Notes: generated by a model not told the origin, from the sequence alone. A stretch of 64,000 nucleotides of DNA from an uncultured delta proteobacterium (GCA_903907985.1 CAIVQG010000055.1:2725-66724), one strand, 5' to 3'. Positions 40,712-51,728 are shown, counted from the stretch's first letter. Translations and numbers: made by a program.

Positions 40712-41120
40712 ATTTATTCATCACTTTTTCAAGAACACAGCAGTATATAAACGTTCGATCAAGGCATAAAATACTTAATATTATTTAAGTTTTATACCTT
40801 ATCCTTTAATGATCACGGCCCGGGAGAATCCTTTCCTCTGAGCAAATGCTATCTATCAATTAAGATTGAGGTATAATAGTATATCCCTTTATAATATCAT
40901 CCAAGAAATAGTAAGTATTCGCAGAAAACCTATTTTCCCGCGAACTGATCATAACCTCTGGCCCAATTGATGTCAACGTGAAACTAGGGTAAAAAATACC
41001 GGCCTTTTCTATTGCACCAATCATTCCCCTCCGGACAGCTTACGGAAATTTGTCTTGCAAAAGGCATGGAAAGAAATTATAAAACCGCGCACCTTACATC
41101 TCACAGATCCGGAGGCAATT

Positions 41121-42458
41121 ATGAAAAAAGTTAACTCATCCGTCACAATTATAGTTATGATTACTGTCGGTATCATAATAATCGCCGGACTGGGCTGGCT
41201 TTATTGGGGAAATTATCTGGAAAGGGAAACTCCGTCCATTAAATCCAGTCAGGATATCAGCATGATTGGAAAACAAAAGAAACTGGAGGTAACATTTGCC
41301 GATCAAAAAAGCGGACTGTCTCAAATATATGCGGAAATAATTCAGGATAACAAGGGCCGGATTCTCGCTGCCGAAAACATTACTTCCCGAGGAAACAAAC
41401 AAAAAACAATATCCTTAACCATAGACACCGTCGCTCTGAAGTTACACGATGGCCCGGCTCAAATTAAATTTACGGCCACTGACCATTCTTTGTTTAAGAA
41501 TCAGACCATTTTATCTCAGCCGGTCAAAATAGATATCATACCGCCACAAATATATCTGCTCAACCCCATCAATCATGCCAATCAAGGCGGCACCTGTTTT
41601 ATTGCTTACCGGATATCAAAACCGGCCGCTTTAACCGGTGTTTATGTTAATGACTACTTTACTTCCGGTTATACGATGATGGTTGAAAACAAGCCCACGT
41701 CGCTCGTTTACTTTGCCATACCAATTGACGCTTCAAAAACAAAAACAACAATCAAAGTATTTGCGCGTGATACCGCCGGCAATGAATCCAGTATTGCCAT
41801 TCCCTGCCTGATTAAGGAAAAGAAATTTCGAGCAGATAAAATGAATTTGAGTGAAACTTTCCTGCAGCAGAAAATGCCGGAATTTCAGGCAATGATTCCT
41901 GCGTTACAAGGGAAAACACCACTGGAAATATTCACCTACGTAAACGGACAAATGCGTGACGATAATTTCCGCACACTACAGACAATCTGTCAAAAAGCTT
42001 CGCCTCAAAGACATTGGGAGGGAACATTCCTGCGCATGAAGGGAGGCCAACCGATGGCTCTGTTCGGCGACAAAAGAACATATATGGTCGGAAATAAACC
42101 AATAGGTAATTCCCTGCACGTCGGCGTTGACCTGGCATCGAATGCCCATGCCGCTATTGAAGCCGCCAATAATGGTATCGTCGTTTATGCCGGTGCCCTG
42201 GGAATTTACGGCAATGCCGTTATTATAGATCACGGCCAGGGTTTATTCAGTCTCTATGGGCATTTATCTGTAATCAATACTACAGTAGGAAAAGCAGTGA
42301 AAAAAGAAGAAGTAATCGGCCATTCCGGCATCTCCGGTCTTGCCGGAGGTGATCATTTACATTTCAGTATTCTTGCCGGCGGACAATTTGTCAACCCGCA
42401 GGAATGGTGGGATCCGCACTGGATTAACGACAATGTCAGCAAAAAAATGTTTTTCTGA
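41121..42458 (+). CDS. M23-family (LytM-type) peptidoglycan metalloendopeptidase with N-terminal TM anchor
   Basis: The C-terminal motifs HVGVDLA, IIDHGQGLFSLYGHLS and GDHLHFS are present. ATG 41121 follows a GGAGG SD; the track starts at TTG 41055. Confidence 0.8.
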   Translation: MKKVNSSVTIIVMITVGIIIIAGLGWLYWGNYLERETPSIKSSQDISMIGKQKKLEVTFADQKSGLSQIYAEIIQDNKGRILAAENITSRGNKQKTISLTIDTVALKLHDGPAQIKFTATDHSLFKNQTILSQPVKIDIIPPQIYLLNPINHANQGGTCFIAYRISKPAALTGVYVNDYFTSGYTMMVENKPTSLVYFAIPIDASKTKTTIKVFARDTAGNESSIAIPCLIKEKKFRADKMNLSETFLQQKMPEFQAMIPALQGKTPLEIFTYVNGQMRDDNFRTLQTICQKASPQRHWEGTFLRMKGGQPMALFGDKRTYMVGNKPIGNSLHVGVDLASNAHAAIEAANNGIVVYAGALGIYGNAVIIDHGQGLFSLYGHLSVINTTVGKAVKKEEVIGHSGISGLAGGDHLHFSILAGGQFVNPQEWWDPHWINDNVSKKMFF

Positions 42459-42471
42459 TAACACTAACTTT

Positions 42472-42596
42472 GATGGCCTCGCAAAAAGGTTGCAGGCAAG
42501 GCGCGCGAATACCGAGGAATGAGGCGTACTTGTCGTACGCCGCAGTGACGAGGGATGAAGCGCAACGCAGCATCCAGCCTTTTTACGAGGTCGTCA
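42472..42596. repeat. copy B of the 125-bp palindromic element; its end includes the rapZ stop codon
   Basis: The sequence is gatggcctcgcaaaaaggttgcaggcaaggcgcgcgaataccgaggaatgaggcgtac-ttgtc-gtacgcc...cagcctttttacgaggtcgtca. It has the same orientation and architecture as copy A. Confidence 0.7.
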
Positions 42597-43460
42597 GCTT
42601 TTGTTGATGTCGCGGTGTGTAACGTTGACAATATATTTCATTTCCGAAAAATGTGCACCTAACTGATTGGACATAACTACGGAACGGTGCTTTCCGCCTG
42701 TGCAGCCTAAAGCAACATTTAAGCGTACCTTGCCTTCCTTATCATATAAGGGGATTACAAAAGTCATCAAGTCAAAAAACTTTTTTAGAAATATTTTACT
42801 TCGTTCATTCTTCAAAACAAATTCACGAACAGCATCATTCTGCCCGTCAAACTCCTTTAATTCTTCAATAAAATACGGATTAGGTAGAAATCTTACATCA
42901 AATACAAGATCGGCATCAGCCGGCAGGCCAAAACGGTATCCAAAGGAAATAACATTCACTATTAATTTCTTATGAACTGAGGCCGGCAGAAATTGCCGTT
43001 GAACTATATCTTTAAGTTGATGAACATTTGTCGATGTTGTATCAATAACATGATCGGCCATCTGCTTGAGCGAGGATAATTTTTCTCTTTCCAGGCGAAT
43101 GCCGTCGATAATCGAACCTTTTGCGGAAAGTGGATGTGTACGTCTGGTTTCACTGAAACGATGCAACAGTGAATCTTCGGTCGAATCCAGAAAGAGAATT
43201 TCAATTTTATCGCCCTTTCCTTTTATTAAGTCGAAAATGCGCTTGTACTTTTCCAAAAATCCTCTTTCGCGCAGATCCATAACCAGGGCAACACGTTTTA
43301 TTTCGGGAGATGATTGGGCAGTTATGGCTAAAAATTTCGGCAGCAAAACGACCGGCAGATTATCGACGCAAAAAAAGCCGATATCTTCCAGTGCGCGGAG
43401 TGCCGTACTTTTACCGGAACCGGAAAGACCAGTAATGATTACAACGCGAAGATTTTTCAT
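42594..43460 (-). CDS. rapZ: RNase adapter protein RapZ (YhbJ/YvcJ P-loop NTPase)
   Basis: The P-loop [12 protein letters not shown] is present, along with VDNLP and [10 protein letters not shown]. Confidence 0.9.
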   Translation of the reverse strand: MKNLRVVIITGLSGSGKSTALRALEDIGFFCVDNLPVVLLPKFLAITAQSSPEIKRVALVMDLRERGFLEKYKRIFDLIKGKGDKIEILFLDSTEDSLLHRFSETRRTHPLSAKGSIIDGIRLEREKLSSLKQMADHVIDTTSTNVHQLKDIVQRQFLPASVHKKLIVNVISFGYRFGLPADADLVFDVRFLPNPYFIEELKEFDGQNDAVREFVLKNERSKIFLKKFFDLMTFVIPLYDKEGKVRLNVALGCTGGKHRSVVMSNQLGAHFSEMKYIVNVTHRDINKS

Positions 43461-44323
43461 AAATCATCCTTGAATAGTTGTCTTACAGATTTTTTTAACA
43501 GATTTTCATCAAAAAAGCTAGTAGACGGGATATTGATCGATAAACAAACTAATTTAATCCCGAGAATATTTTTTTCACCTTTAGTTATTCTAATATCTCT
43601 TGTCCTTTTTTTTTCAATTTTTATAATGGCAACAAGTTTCGTCTGCTCTTTTATCCTGTCCGTTTCAAGCAAGTTATCGACATGGATAATTCCCGTAGAT
43701 TCGGTATGAAGGAAACGATTAATTTTTTTATGCCCCCGGGTAATTAATTCTCCTTTCCTGTTTCTTATAATCACGGCAACATCGTCTGCCACCCAATAGC
43801 AATAACTTGCTGCCGCTTTTAAAACTGCTGTTGTTTTTCCAATGCCGCTGTCTCCGGTAATTAAGATACCTCTTCCCTCTACTTCCAGAATAACTCCATG
43901 AACTAAAATAGTTCCTAGAAATTTTTCGCGGATCACTTCTCTCAAAATACTTTTCAGATAATGCTCGTCATATTTCGATGCGGCAATCGGAAGATTATTA
44001 TTTACAGCGGAGTTTTTCAGAAAATCAGGAATGGATAAAGAATTGGATAAAATAACAAAAACAATATTTTTTTTCAGAAGATGGTTCCGTATTGGAAGGC
44101 TAAGTTTTTCTTTGATAGCAAATAATTGACTTAAGGCCAGTGGAGTTATTATTGCAATGGCTGGAATATTATTTGTTTTTGAAGGAATATTTATTCGATT
44201 GATAACATGAACATTGACCCTGGAAACTTGTTTTCCCACTGCAGCTGCATAAAAGATTTCTTTTATACCCAGCTTGACGATCTTTCCCCGAAATATTTCT
44301 TTTACCGACAATTTCTTTTTCAT
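43457..44323 (-). CDS. hprK: HPr kinase/phosphorylase homologue (divergent)
   Basis: Motifs [24 protein letters not shown] and WVADDV are present. The start is uncertain (44323, 44359 or 44389). There is an ATGA overlap with rapZ. Confidence 0.7.
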   Translation of the reverse strand: MKKKLSVKEIFRGKIVKLGIKEIFYAAAVGKQVSRVNVHVINRINIPSKTNNIPAIAIITPLALSQLFAIKEKLSLPIRNHLLKKNIVFVILSNSLSIPDFLKNSAVNNNLPIAASKYDEHYLKSILREVIREKFLGTILVHGVILEVEGRGILITGDSGIGKTTAVLKAAASYCYWVADDVAVIIRNRKGELITRGHKKINRFLHTESTGIIHVDNLLETDRIKEQTKLVAIIKIEKKRTRDIRITKGEKNILGIKLVCLSINIPSTSFFDENLLKKSVRQLFKDDL

Positions 44324-44339
44324 GGATGTATGATTTATA

Positions 44340-44807
44340 TTAAAGAAGACATGTTTCATCCTGTTCAATAATTGTTTTATATAAATCACTATTAGATTTT
44401 GCGTCCATAAGTTTTTTGCGGAAACCGCCAGCTTTCAACATTTTGGAAATCTTTGCTAAGGCTTTCAGGTGCTGCCCGGTACAATTTTCCGGAGCCAAAA
44501 GCAGAAAAAAAAGGTGCACGGGTTTGCCGTCAATCGAATCAAAAGCAACGCCATTCCTGCTCCGGCCAAAGGCCACAATAAGCTCCTCCAGATTTCCTAT
44601 CTTTCCATGAGGAATGGCAACGCCATCACCAATTCCGGTAGAGCCAAGTTTTTCTCTTTGCTGCAAAACATCAAATATTTGCAGCTTATCGAGCTTCAAC
44701 GGGCCTTTTATTACCATTTCCGACAATTCGGCTAATGCTTCGGTTTTATTCTTCGCCTGCAAATTATCTTCAATATATTCCCGTTTTAGGATTTGCTCCA
44801 AACGCAT
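44340..44807 (-). CDS. ptsN: PTS IIA-Ntr (nitrogen regulatory IIA protein)
   Basis: The phosphorylation-site motif GIGDGVAIPHGK is present. The 155-aa gene lies downstream of rpoN-hpf. Confidence 0.85.
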   Translation of the reverse strand: MRLEQILKREYIEDNLQAKNKTEALAELSEMVIKGPLKLDKLQIFDVLQQREKLGSTGIGDGVAIPHGKIGNLEELIVAFGRSRNGVAFDSIDGKPVHLFFLLLAPENCTGQHLKALAKISKMLKAGGFRKKLMDAKSNSDLYKTIIEQDETCLL

Positions 44808-44923
44808 TTAACTCACCTGATTAAAAAGCACACATTACTTATTACTATATCTTGCGGTAATAAATTTGCATAGATATCCGCTTCGCAAGCAGCTTATGGG
44901 AACTGAGAAGACAATTTCTTGTT

Positions 44924-45457
44924 TTAACTATTCGTCTCAATGAGGGCGTAATTTCCGTCATCACGACGGTATACCAAACTTACATTTTCGGAAGAAGAAT
45001 CCCGATAGATGATAAAATGTGTTTTACTTCCTTCTATTTCCATTATTGCTTCATCAAGGGACATAGGTTTTAAAACGATTTTCCTGGTTTCCACTATTTT
45101 GTTTGTTGCTAATTCTTCCTCTTCTTCACCTTCGCCAGTTTTTTCTTCGGCATGGCGAATACTGCGGGGTTTATGCTCCCTGACTTTTTCTTTTTGTTTT
45201 TTGAGTTGTTTTTCAATTTTTTCGATGCAACTATCTATTGCCAGATGCATATCTTTTGCTTCTTCTTTGGCATTTACGTTCGAGCCGTTGGCACTCAGAT
45301 TGATTTCTGCAAAGCTCCTGAATTTTTCCGTGGAAAGGATAATGTGGGCTTCGGCGGGCATATCTAAGTATCTTTTAAGTTTAACAATTCTCTCTTCAGC
45401 GTAAACTTTTTGCCAGTTTTCACCTTCACCATTTCTGAAAGTAACCGAAATCTTCAT
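44924..45457 (-). CDS. hpf: ribosome hibernation promoting factor (long HPF)
   Basis: An N-terminal S30AE domain (MKISVTFRN...) is followed by an acidic linker and a C-terminal dimerisation domain (KPMSLDEAIMEIE...FIIYRD). Confidence 0.85.
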   Translation of the reverse strand: MKISVTFRNGEGENWQKVYAEERIVKLKRYLDMPAEAHIILSTEKFRSFAEINLSANGSNVNAKEEAKDMHLAIDSCIEKIEKQLKKQKEKVREHKPRSIRHAEEKTGEGEEEEELATNKIVETRKIVLKPMSLDEAIMEIEGSKTHFIIYRDSSSENVSLVYRRDDGNYALIETNS

Positions 45458-45626
45458 TATTATTCCTCCCTGATTAGTTTAAGCTCATCAAAAGCTTATT
45501 ACTACTTCACTTCTTGCATACAACGCTTGGCAAATAAAGGCCAGTCATATAGTGATGTTAAAACCAAAAGTCAATCAATATTTTACACCGTCTATTATAT
45601 ATAATCGCCACTGGAAGCTAATCACT

Positions 45627-47105
45627 TTAAAAATATTTCTTCCTTTTCGACGAAGGCAAAACACCCATCATTTCTCGATATTTGGCCACAGTACGCCTGG
45701 CGATATTAATTCCTTTTTGTTTTAACAAATCTACTATCTCGCAATCACTATATGGTTTTTTGGGATCTTCCTGGTTGACCAGATTCTTAATCTCTTCTTT
45801 GACGCTCTTGGAGGCAATTGTTTCACCGGAAGTTGTTCTCTGGATTGAACTGCCAAAGAAATATTTCATTTCAAAAATTCCCCGGGGAGAGTGCATATAC
45901 TTATTCGTCACAACACGGCTGATGGTAGATTCGTGCATTTCCACATCATCGGCTACATCTCTGAGAATTAAGGGTTTTAGAAAGCTAATGCCCCGGTCAA
46001 AAAAATCTTTTTGAAATTTGACAATACTTTCGGCAACCTTGTAAATCGTCTTTTGACGCTGTTGAATGCTCTTAATTAACCATGTCGCCGATTGAACCTT
46101 GTCCCGGATATATTTTTTCCCGTTTTCTTCCTCATTATGGTCACCATGACCGCCCACTCCAGCCATAACTTCCCGGTAAAAATTGCTTATGCGCAGGCGC
46201 GGCATACCGTCATCATTGAGTATTATTTTATATTCGTCCCCAGATTTAACAACATAAACATCAGGGATTATTGATTGCACTTTTTCTTCGGAAAACATGC
46301 TTCCCGGCTTTGGTTCCATGTTGCTGATTAACAGCACTGCATTTTCCACTTCACGCAATGGAATTTTTAATTTACGGGCAATGTGCACATAATTTTTCAG
46401 TTCTAAATCTTTAAGATGTTCTTTGATTATTACTTCAATAACCGGATTTTTAACTCCCAGCATTCTTGCCTGAATTAAAAGACACTCCTGTAAATCGCGC
46501 GCCGCAACGCCTGCCGGATCAAACTCCTGCACTTTCTTCAATACAGCTTCCACAAATTCTTCTGTTACATTTTCTAATTGGGAAATTTCCTGAACCGTAG
46601 CACATAAATAGCCGTTGTTATCAAGATTGCCAACTATTTGTGAACCTACCTGCACCTCTTCTTCTGTAAAAGGAGAAAGCTTCATTTGCCACATCAAATG
46701 TTCGGTAAGTGATTGGCTTTCAGTTATGATATTATCCCAAGCTGGAGCTTCTGCATCCTTACGGTCATAAGTTACACCGACCGGCCCATAATCTTCCAGA
46801 TAATTACTCCAATCAAATTCTTCACGGCCATCTCCTTCACCGGTGAGCTCCTCCGTGCGTTCAATTACTTTGACATCTTGCTTTTCAATTGATTGGACAT
46901 CATCTTCACAGGCTAAATGAATTTCATCTTCACCCCCCTCGTCAGGCAGTGTTTCCTCCAGGAGAGGGTTTTCTTCCATTTCCTGATTAATCGTATCGAC
47001 AAGTTCCAGGCGTGATAACTGCAAAAGCTTTATTGCCTGTTGCAGTTGCGGAGTCATAATTAATTGCTGAGAAAGTCTAAGATTTTGTTTTAATTCAAAG
47101 GCCAT
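45627..47105 (-). CDS. rpoN: RNA polymerase sigma-54 factor
   Basis: Region I (LKQNLRLSQQLIMTPQLQQAIKLLQL) and the RpoN box (ARRTVAKYRE) are present. Confidence 0.95.
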   Translation of the reverse strand: MAFELKQNLRLSQQLIMTPQLQQAIKLLQLSRLELVDTINQEMEENPLLEETLPDEGGEDEIHLACEDDVQSIEKQDVKVIERTEELTGEGDGREEFDWSNYLEDYGPVGVTYDRKDAEAPAWDNIITESQSLTEHLMWQMKLSPFTEEEVQVGSQIVGNLDNNGYLCATVQEISQLENVTEEFVEAVLKKVQEFDPAGVAARDLQECLLIQARMLGVKNPVIEVIIKEHLKDLELKNYVHIARKLKIPLREVENAVLLISNMEPKPGSMFSEEKVQSIIPDVYVVKSGDEYKIILNDDGMPRLRISNFYREVMAGVGGHGDHNEEENGKKYIRDKVQSATWLIKSIQQRQKTIYKVAESIVKFQKDFFDRGISFLKPLILRDVADDVEMHESTISRVVTNKYMHSPRGIFEMKYFFGSSIQRTTSGETIASKSVKEEIKNLVNQEDPKKPYSDCEIVDLLKQKGINIARRTVAKYREMMGVLPSSKRKKYF

Positions 47106-47131
47106 ATTTATTCATCTTCATCTTTTCGACA

Positions 47132-47854
47132 TTATAAGCTGAAATCTTCACCAAAATAAAACTTCCGGGCCAATTCGCTGCTGGCAATTGCTTCCGGCTC
47201 ACCTTCGACAAGGATTGCTCCTTCATTAACAATATAGGCACGGTCGCAACAGGAAAGAGTTTCCCGTACATTATGATCAGAAATAATAATACCGATTCCC
47301 TTTGCTTTTAATTTAGCAATTATTTTCTGAATATCTGCAACGGCCAGTGGATCGATGCCGGCAAAAGGTTCGTCTAAAAGAATATACTTCGGCGATGTAA
47401 CTAATGCCCGGGTAATCTCCACTCTTCTTCTTTCTCCGCCGGAAAGAGAATAAGCATGATTGTTAGCCAGTCCTGTCAGATCCAATTCTCCCAGCAGGTC
47501 TTTGAGCTTTTCTCTTTTTTCATCTTCCTGTAAATCAAGTGTTTCCAGAATGGCCAGAATATTTTCTTCCACAGTCAACTTGCGAAATATTGAGGGCTCC
47601 TGAGGCAAATAATTCAGCCCCCTTCGTGCTCTTTTATACATCGGATATCTGCCTATATCTTCGCCATCGAGAAATATTTCCCCATCATCAGGCTTAACCA
47701 AGCCGACAATCATATAAAAGGTTGTTGTTTTACCGGCGCCATTAGGACCAAGCAAACCCACTACTTCACCCGGCGAAATCGACAAATCTATATTATTGAC
47801 AACTTTTCTCTTGTTGTAAATTTTAGTTAACCCTTTTGCCAACAAATTACTCAT
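47132..47854 (-). CDS. lptB: LPS export ABC transporter ATP-binding protein
   Basis: Motifs GLLGPNGAGKTTTFYM, LSGGERRRVEI and ILLDEPFAGIDP are present. Confidence 0.9.
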   Translation of the reverse strand: MSNLLAKGLTKIYNKRKVVNNIDLSISPGEVVGLLGPNGAGKTTTFYMIVGLVKPDDGEIFLDGEDIGRYPMYKRARRGLNYLPQEPSIFRKLTVEENILAILETLDLQEDEKREKLKDLLGELDLTGLANNHAYSLSGGERRRVEITRALVTSPKYILLDEPFAGIDPLAVADIQKIIAKLKAKGIGIIISDHNVRETLSCCDRAYIVNEGAILVEGEPEAIASSELARKFYFGEDFSL

Positions 47855-47866
47855 ATTTTTCGATCA

Positions 47867-48427
47867 TTAATTGATTTTTTTATTTTCATTCTTTTCTTGC
47901 GGGTAGATAACTGCCTTCACTCTCTTTTTCGGATCGCTTTCCACTACCCCGCGATCTTCATTGACATAAACAATTACCTTATCCCCTTTTATCAGGTTTT
48001 TTCCATCACGGAGCGTGGGATTCCCGGTCATAATAATTTGCCCGCTGTCCTGAAAGTATACAGCTTCATCTCCTGTGGCAACCCGCGCTTTTTGCGTAAC
48101 GATAACATTTCCCTTAGCTTCAATTTTTTCCAGATCGCCTGTCCCTTCAATCTCTTTAGCGCCGACTTTATCTTTTTTACCAGTTTCTTTTTTATAGTAC
48201 AAAAGCAAACGATCGGACTTTATCTCTTTATCACCTTGTGTGGCCACAGCATTTCCCGAAAATATTACCAGTTTTTTTTCATTGAACGCATCCATGCGGT
48301 CCGAAACAATTTCAATCGGCTCTTTGGAACTGAGTTTATTGATTCTGGCCGGATTATCTTTGGCCTGTAAGGTGGAAACAATCAACAACATAAGCAATAC
48401 ATAGAAGGTAATTATTTTTTTAATCAT
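47867..48427 (-). CDS. lptA: LPS transport periplasmic protein LptA (OstA-like)
   Basis: It has a signal peptide and repetitive OstA_N beta-jellyroll sequence. It sits between lptC and lptB. Confidence 0.8.
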   Translation of the reverse strand: MIKKIITFYVLLMLLIVSTLQAKDNPARINKLSSKEPIEIVSDRMDAFNEKKLVIFSGNAVATQGDKEIKSDRLLLYYKKETGKKDKVGAKEIEGTGDLEKIEAKGNVIVTQKARVATGDEAVYFQDSGQIIMTGNPTLRDGKNLIKGDKVIVYVNEDRGVVESDPKKRVKAVIYPQEKNENKKIN

Positions 48428-48439
48428 CTTGTTTCCTGA

Positions 48440-48994
48440 CTAATTTATTTTCGCTTTTACTGCAGAGGACAGATTTAATTCTCCAGTATTCATGAAAAGC
48501 GTAAGTCCCGTACCTTTTATTTTCATCTTTTTATTCTCCATAAAGACCTGCGCATCGGTATAAAATTTCTTTTCTGCATCGGAATATTTAAGATAATCAG
48601 TGGTAAAACGATCGCCCGACTCGGTAACAATGGCAACATTACCTTTAATTTCAATATCCTTTTTGTCTGTCAGCATATGCCCTTTATCACCGGTCATCAC
48701 ATACACTTTTTTTTCCGCAGTAGTCAATTTTATTTGAACCCGATCAAATACGGCAAAATTCTGTTTTTTGTTATATTGGGCAGTTTGAGCCTTTACTTCC
48801 CATTTGGAGTTTGCTTCACCTACTTCCGTATAAACGAAATCTTTTATTTGCAGATCAACATGATCAGGCATATTCTTCAATATGTTCTTGGGCTTATCAC
48901 TGATATTGCGAATAACGTAACCGATAACAAACACTGACGCCAATACAATAACTAAAATCGATAAGAGTATTACTTTTTTTTTATTTAATTTCAT
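48440..48994 (-). CDS. lptC: LPS export system protein LptC
   Basis: It has an N-terminal TM anchor and a periplasmic beta-rich domain. It sits directly upstream of lptA. Confidence 0.75.
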   Translation of the reverse strand: MKLNKKKVILLSILVIVLASVFVIGYVIRNISDKPKNILKNMPDHVDLQIKDFVYTEVGEANSKWEVKAQTAQYNKKQNFAVFDRVQIKLTTAEKKVYVMTGDKGHMLTDKKDIEIKGNVAIVTESGDRFTTDYLKYSDAEKKFYTDAQVFMENKKMKIKGTGLTLFMNTGELNLSSAVKAKIN

Positions 48995-49431
48995 TTCGTA
49001 TTAAATTCTGCCGCTTTTTTTTGCTTCGTTTCTTCGCCTGATTCTTTTATATCACTCAGTATCAGACATGTAAAGATTTAAGGTTGGCAGGAAATATCCC
49101 CCGGGAGTTGCGTTTACATGATAATACATTCCTGGAAGAAAATTATTGATAGCCTCATTATCTGTAATAAATTCTCTCCTGATGTATAGCTGCGGGGAAA
49201 TTCAAGTTTCCGTGTTTTTCTGTTTTACCGGCGGCCAGCATAGACAAATTCGTTTGTTGACAACATTGTTTTTTTCGTTTATTTATTTGACACACTTCAG
49301 CAATAAAATCTATGCGTAACAATTAATTTTAGCTTAAGTGGCGCCATTCAATCAATAGGGTGACAGCCCAATTTAACCGGAGCTTTTACCCCCCCTATAT
49401 ATACCTTTTTCGGTATAAGGCTAGTGTACAT

Positions 49432-50928
49432 ATGCTTAATAAAAACACCGTTGAACTGCTGCAAAAGAAAATCCGGAAACTAGAAATAGATATCGCCCTT
49501 CACAAATCTGTTGCCAAAGAACTGAAAGAATCCGAAAAAAGATATACTCACATTTTTGAACATTCTCCTGTTATGGTTTACCGCACGGATTTTAGCGGCA
49601 AGCTCCTGGACATCAATAAATCCGGCCTTGATCTTTTAGGTTACAACAGTCGTGATGAAATTATCGGCATGGAAGCCAACCTTATTTACGCCGATCCTGC
49701 TGACCGGGTTCGTTTTTTGCGTAAAATTGATAAATGTGGCTTTATCCCGGAATTCGAAACCCGCCTTCGACGGAAAGATGGCACTATCATTGATGTTCAG
49801 ACATCAACCGCACGTCGCAATATAAATGGAAGCATGGATGGTTACGAAGGATTTGTTATTGACATCACCGGCCGCAAAAAGGCCGAACGGGCCCTGATCG
49901 AATCCGAAGAAAAATATCGAACAGTAGCCGAAAATTCTTTGGCTGCAATTTATATTCATCAGAAAACACGATTTTGCTACGTCAATCAGCGTTTTGCCGA
50001 ATTGCTCGGATATGATTCTCCAACAGAATTTATCGGCAAAGCTTTCTGGGGAGTTGTTCATCCGGAAGATAGACCGCTGGTTAAGGAAAGAGGCCTGAGA
50101 AGAACAAAAAAAGACTTTTTCCCGCATCAATATCTCTTCCGTGCTCTGAAAAAGGATGGATCTTCCATCTGGGTGGAATTAAGAGCAGCACATGCCTCAT
50201 ATATGGGGCAACCTTCAGTTATAGGGAATTTTATCGATATAACACAAAGCAAGCGGGCAGAAGATGAAATCCGGCTCTTAACACACCGGCTCATTGAGGC
50301 TGCTGAAAAAGAGAGAAAAAATATTGCCGCCGATATTCATGACGAGTTCGGTCAAGCCTTGACAGCATTGCACTTTGACCTCGAAGCGATGCAACGTTCA
50401 TTATCGCCGGAGGCCGGGGAGCAAATAAATAAGTTTAACAATCTTATCATTAATGTTGAAAAACTTGCCGATGTAGTAAGAAAAACCACTTCATATATTC
50501 GCCCCGATGTATTGGATCATCTAGGTTTAATTCCTGCTATGGAATGGTATATAAAAGAATTTATCCAACGGCATACGGATATCAAAATCAAACTGGAAGT
50601 TACCGGCTTTAAAAAAAGACTGAACCCCGAGACAGAAACTGTTCTATATAGGTTTTGTCAGGAATGCCTGACCAATGTTCGAAAGCATGCGAAAGCAACT
50701 TCCGTCATAATTATGTTAACTAATAGTTATCCTTGGGTAATATTTATTATCAAGGACAACGGTAGCGGTTTTAAGCAGTCAGATAACGGTTTACCAAAGA
50801 ACGTAAATAAACAGGGGATAGGTCTGCAAAGCATGAAAGAAAGGGTAGCTGCCTTGCGGGGCAATATTGATATCACATCGGCTCCCCGGAAGGGAACAAC
50901 TATTCGAATTGAGCTACCTTTAACTTGA
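49432..50928 (+). CDS. PAS-PAS sensor histidine kinase (HisKA_3 / NarX-DegS type), cytoplasmic
   Basis: Two PAS domains each end in ...DIT.RK.AE. The H-box is ADIHDEFGQAL and the HATPase_c region contains NGSGF...GIGLQSMKERV. I chose ATG 49432 over the track GTG start at 49360. Confidence 0.85.
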   Translation: MLNKNTVELLQKKIRKLEIDIALHKSVAKELKESEKRYTHIFEHSPVMVYRTDFSGKLLDINKSGLDLLGYNSRDEIIGMEANLIYADPADRVRFLRKIDKCGFIPEFETRLRRKDGTIIDVQTSTARRNINGSMDGYEGFVIDITGRKKAERALIESEEKYRTVAENSLAAIYIHQKTRFCYVNQRFAELLGYDSPTEFIGKAFWGVVHPEDRPLVKERGLRRTKKDFFPHQYLFRALKKDGSSIWVELRAAHASYMGQPSVIGNFIDITQSKRAEDEIRLLTHRLIEAAEKERKNIAADIHDEFGQALTALHFDLEAMQRSLSPEAGEQINKFNNLIINVEKLADVVRKTTSYIRPDVLDHLGLIPAMEWYIKEFIQRHTDIKIKLEVTGFKKRLNPETETVLYRFCQECLTNVRKHAKATSVIIMLTNSYPWVIFIIKDNGSGFKQSDNGLPKNVNKQGIGLQSMKERVAALRGNIDITSAPRKGTTIRIELPLT

Positions 50929-50935
50929 GAAGAAG

Positions 50936-51604
50936 ATGAATAAAATAAGAATTCTAATCACTGATGATCATGCTATCGTACGGGATGGTTTGAGACAACT
51001 CCTATGCGGGCAGACCGATATGGAAGTCGTTGGAGAGGCCGAAGACGGAAAACAATGTTTGGAGAAAGTAAAAACACTTCATCCGAATGTAACGCTCCTC
51101 GACATAGCCATGCCGCACTTAACAGGACTGGAAGCAATCAGTCTGATTAAAGAATCAGTGCCCAAAACACAAATAGTTGTTCTTTCCATGCATTCGAAAG
51201 AAACATATGTCCGACAGGTGCTCGCTGCTGGAGCACTGGGTTATGTACTGAAGGCCTCACCCAGTTCCGATATTCTGGAAGCTATTCGAGCCGCTCATCG
51301 CGGAGAATATTTTCTCAGTTCCAAGCTGCGTACTGAAGTTATTGGCTCCTATGCGAAGCGAGGTTCAAGTAATCCGGCAGCAAGCGGATATGATCTCCTG
51401 TCGGAAAGAGAACAGCAGGTTTTTCGCCTGGTAGCGCAGGGATTCTCCACAAGTAAAATTGGAGACCTTCTCTGTGTAAGTCCCAAGACCGTGGAAAAGC
51501 ACCGCACCAGTATTATGAGCAAATTAGGTGTGCATGATCGCCTCGGTTTAATGAAGTATGCCATCAAAATCGGGGTAGTTGATCCCGACCTCTGGGAAGA
51601 TTAA
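50936..51604 (+). CDS. NarL/FixJ (LuxR-type) response regulator
   Basis: The receiver domain (ILITDDH...LLDIAMP...K) is followed by a LuxR HTH (LSEREQQVFRLVAQGFSTSKIGDLLCVSPKTVEKHRTSIMSKLG). Confidence 0.9.
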   Translation: MNKIRILITDDHAIVRDGLRQLLCGQTDMEVVGEAEDGKQCLEKVKTLHPNVTLLDIAMPHLTGLEAISLIKESVPKTQIVVLSMHSKETYVRQVLAAGALGYVLKASPSSDILEAIRAAHRGEYFLSSKLRTEVIGSYAKRGSSNPAASGYDLLSEREQQVFRLVAQGFSTSKIGDLLCVSPKTVEKHRTSIMSKLGVHDRLGLMKYAIKIGVVDPDLWED

Positions 51605-51728
51605 CCACTTCCACCCACCGATAAAAAAGTAGATAAATCTCCCTGCTTAAATAGGGCTACCCCCCATTGATTATTTTGTTATCCTTCTCTAAAAGTGAAT
51701 CATAATTCAAACAGGAGGAGGTTTTATT

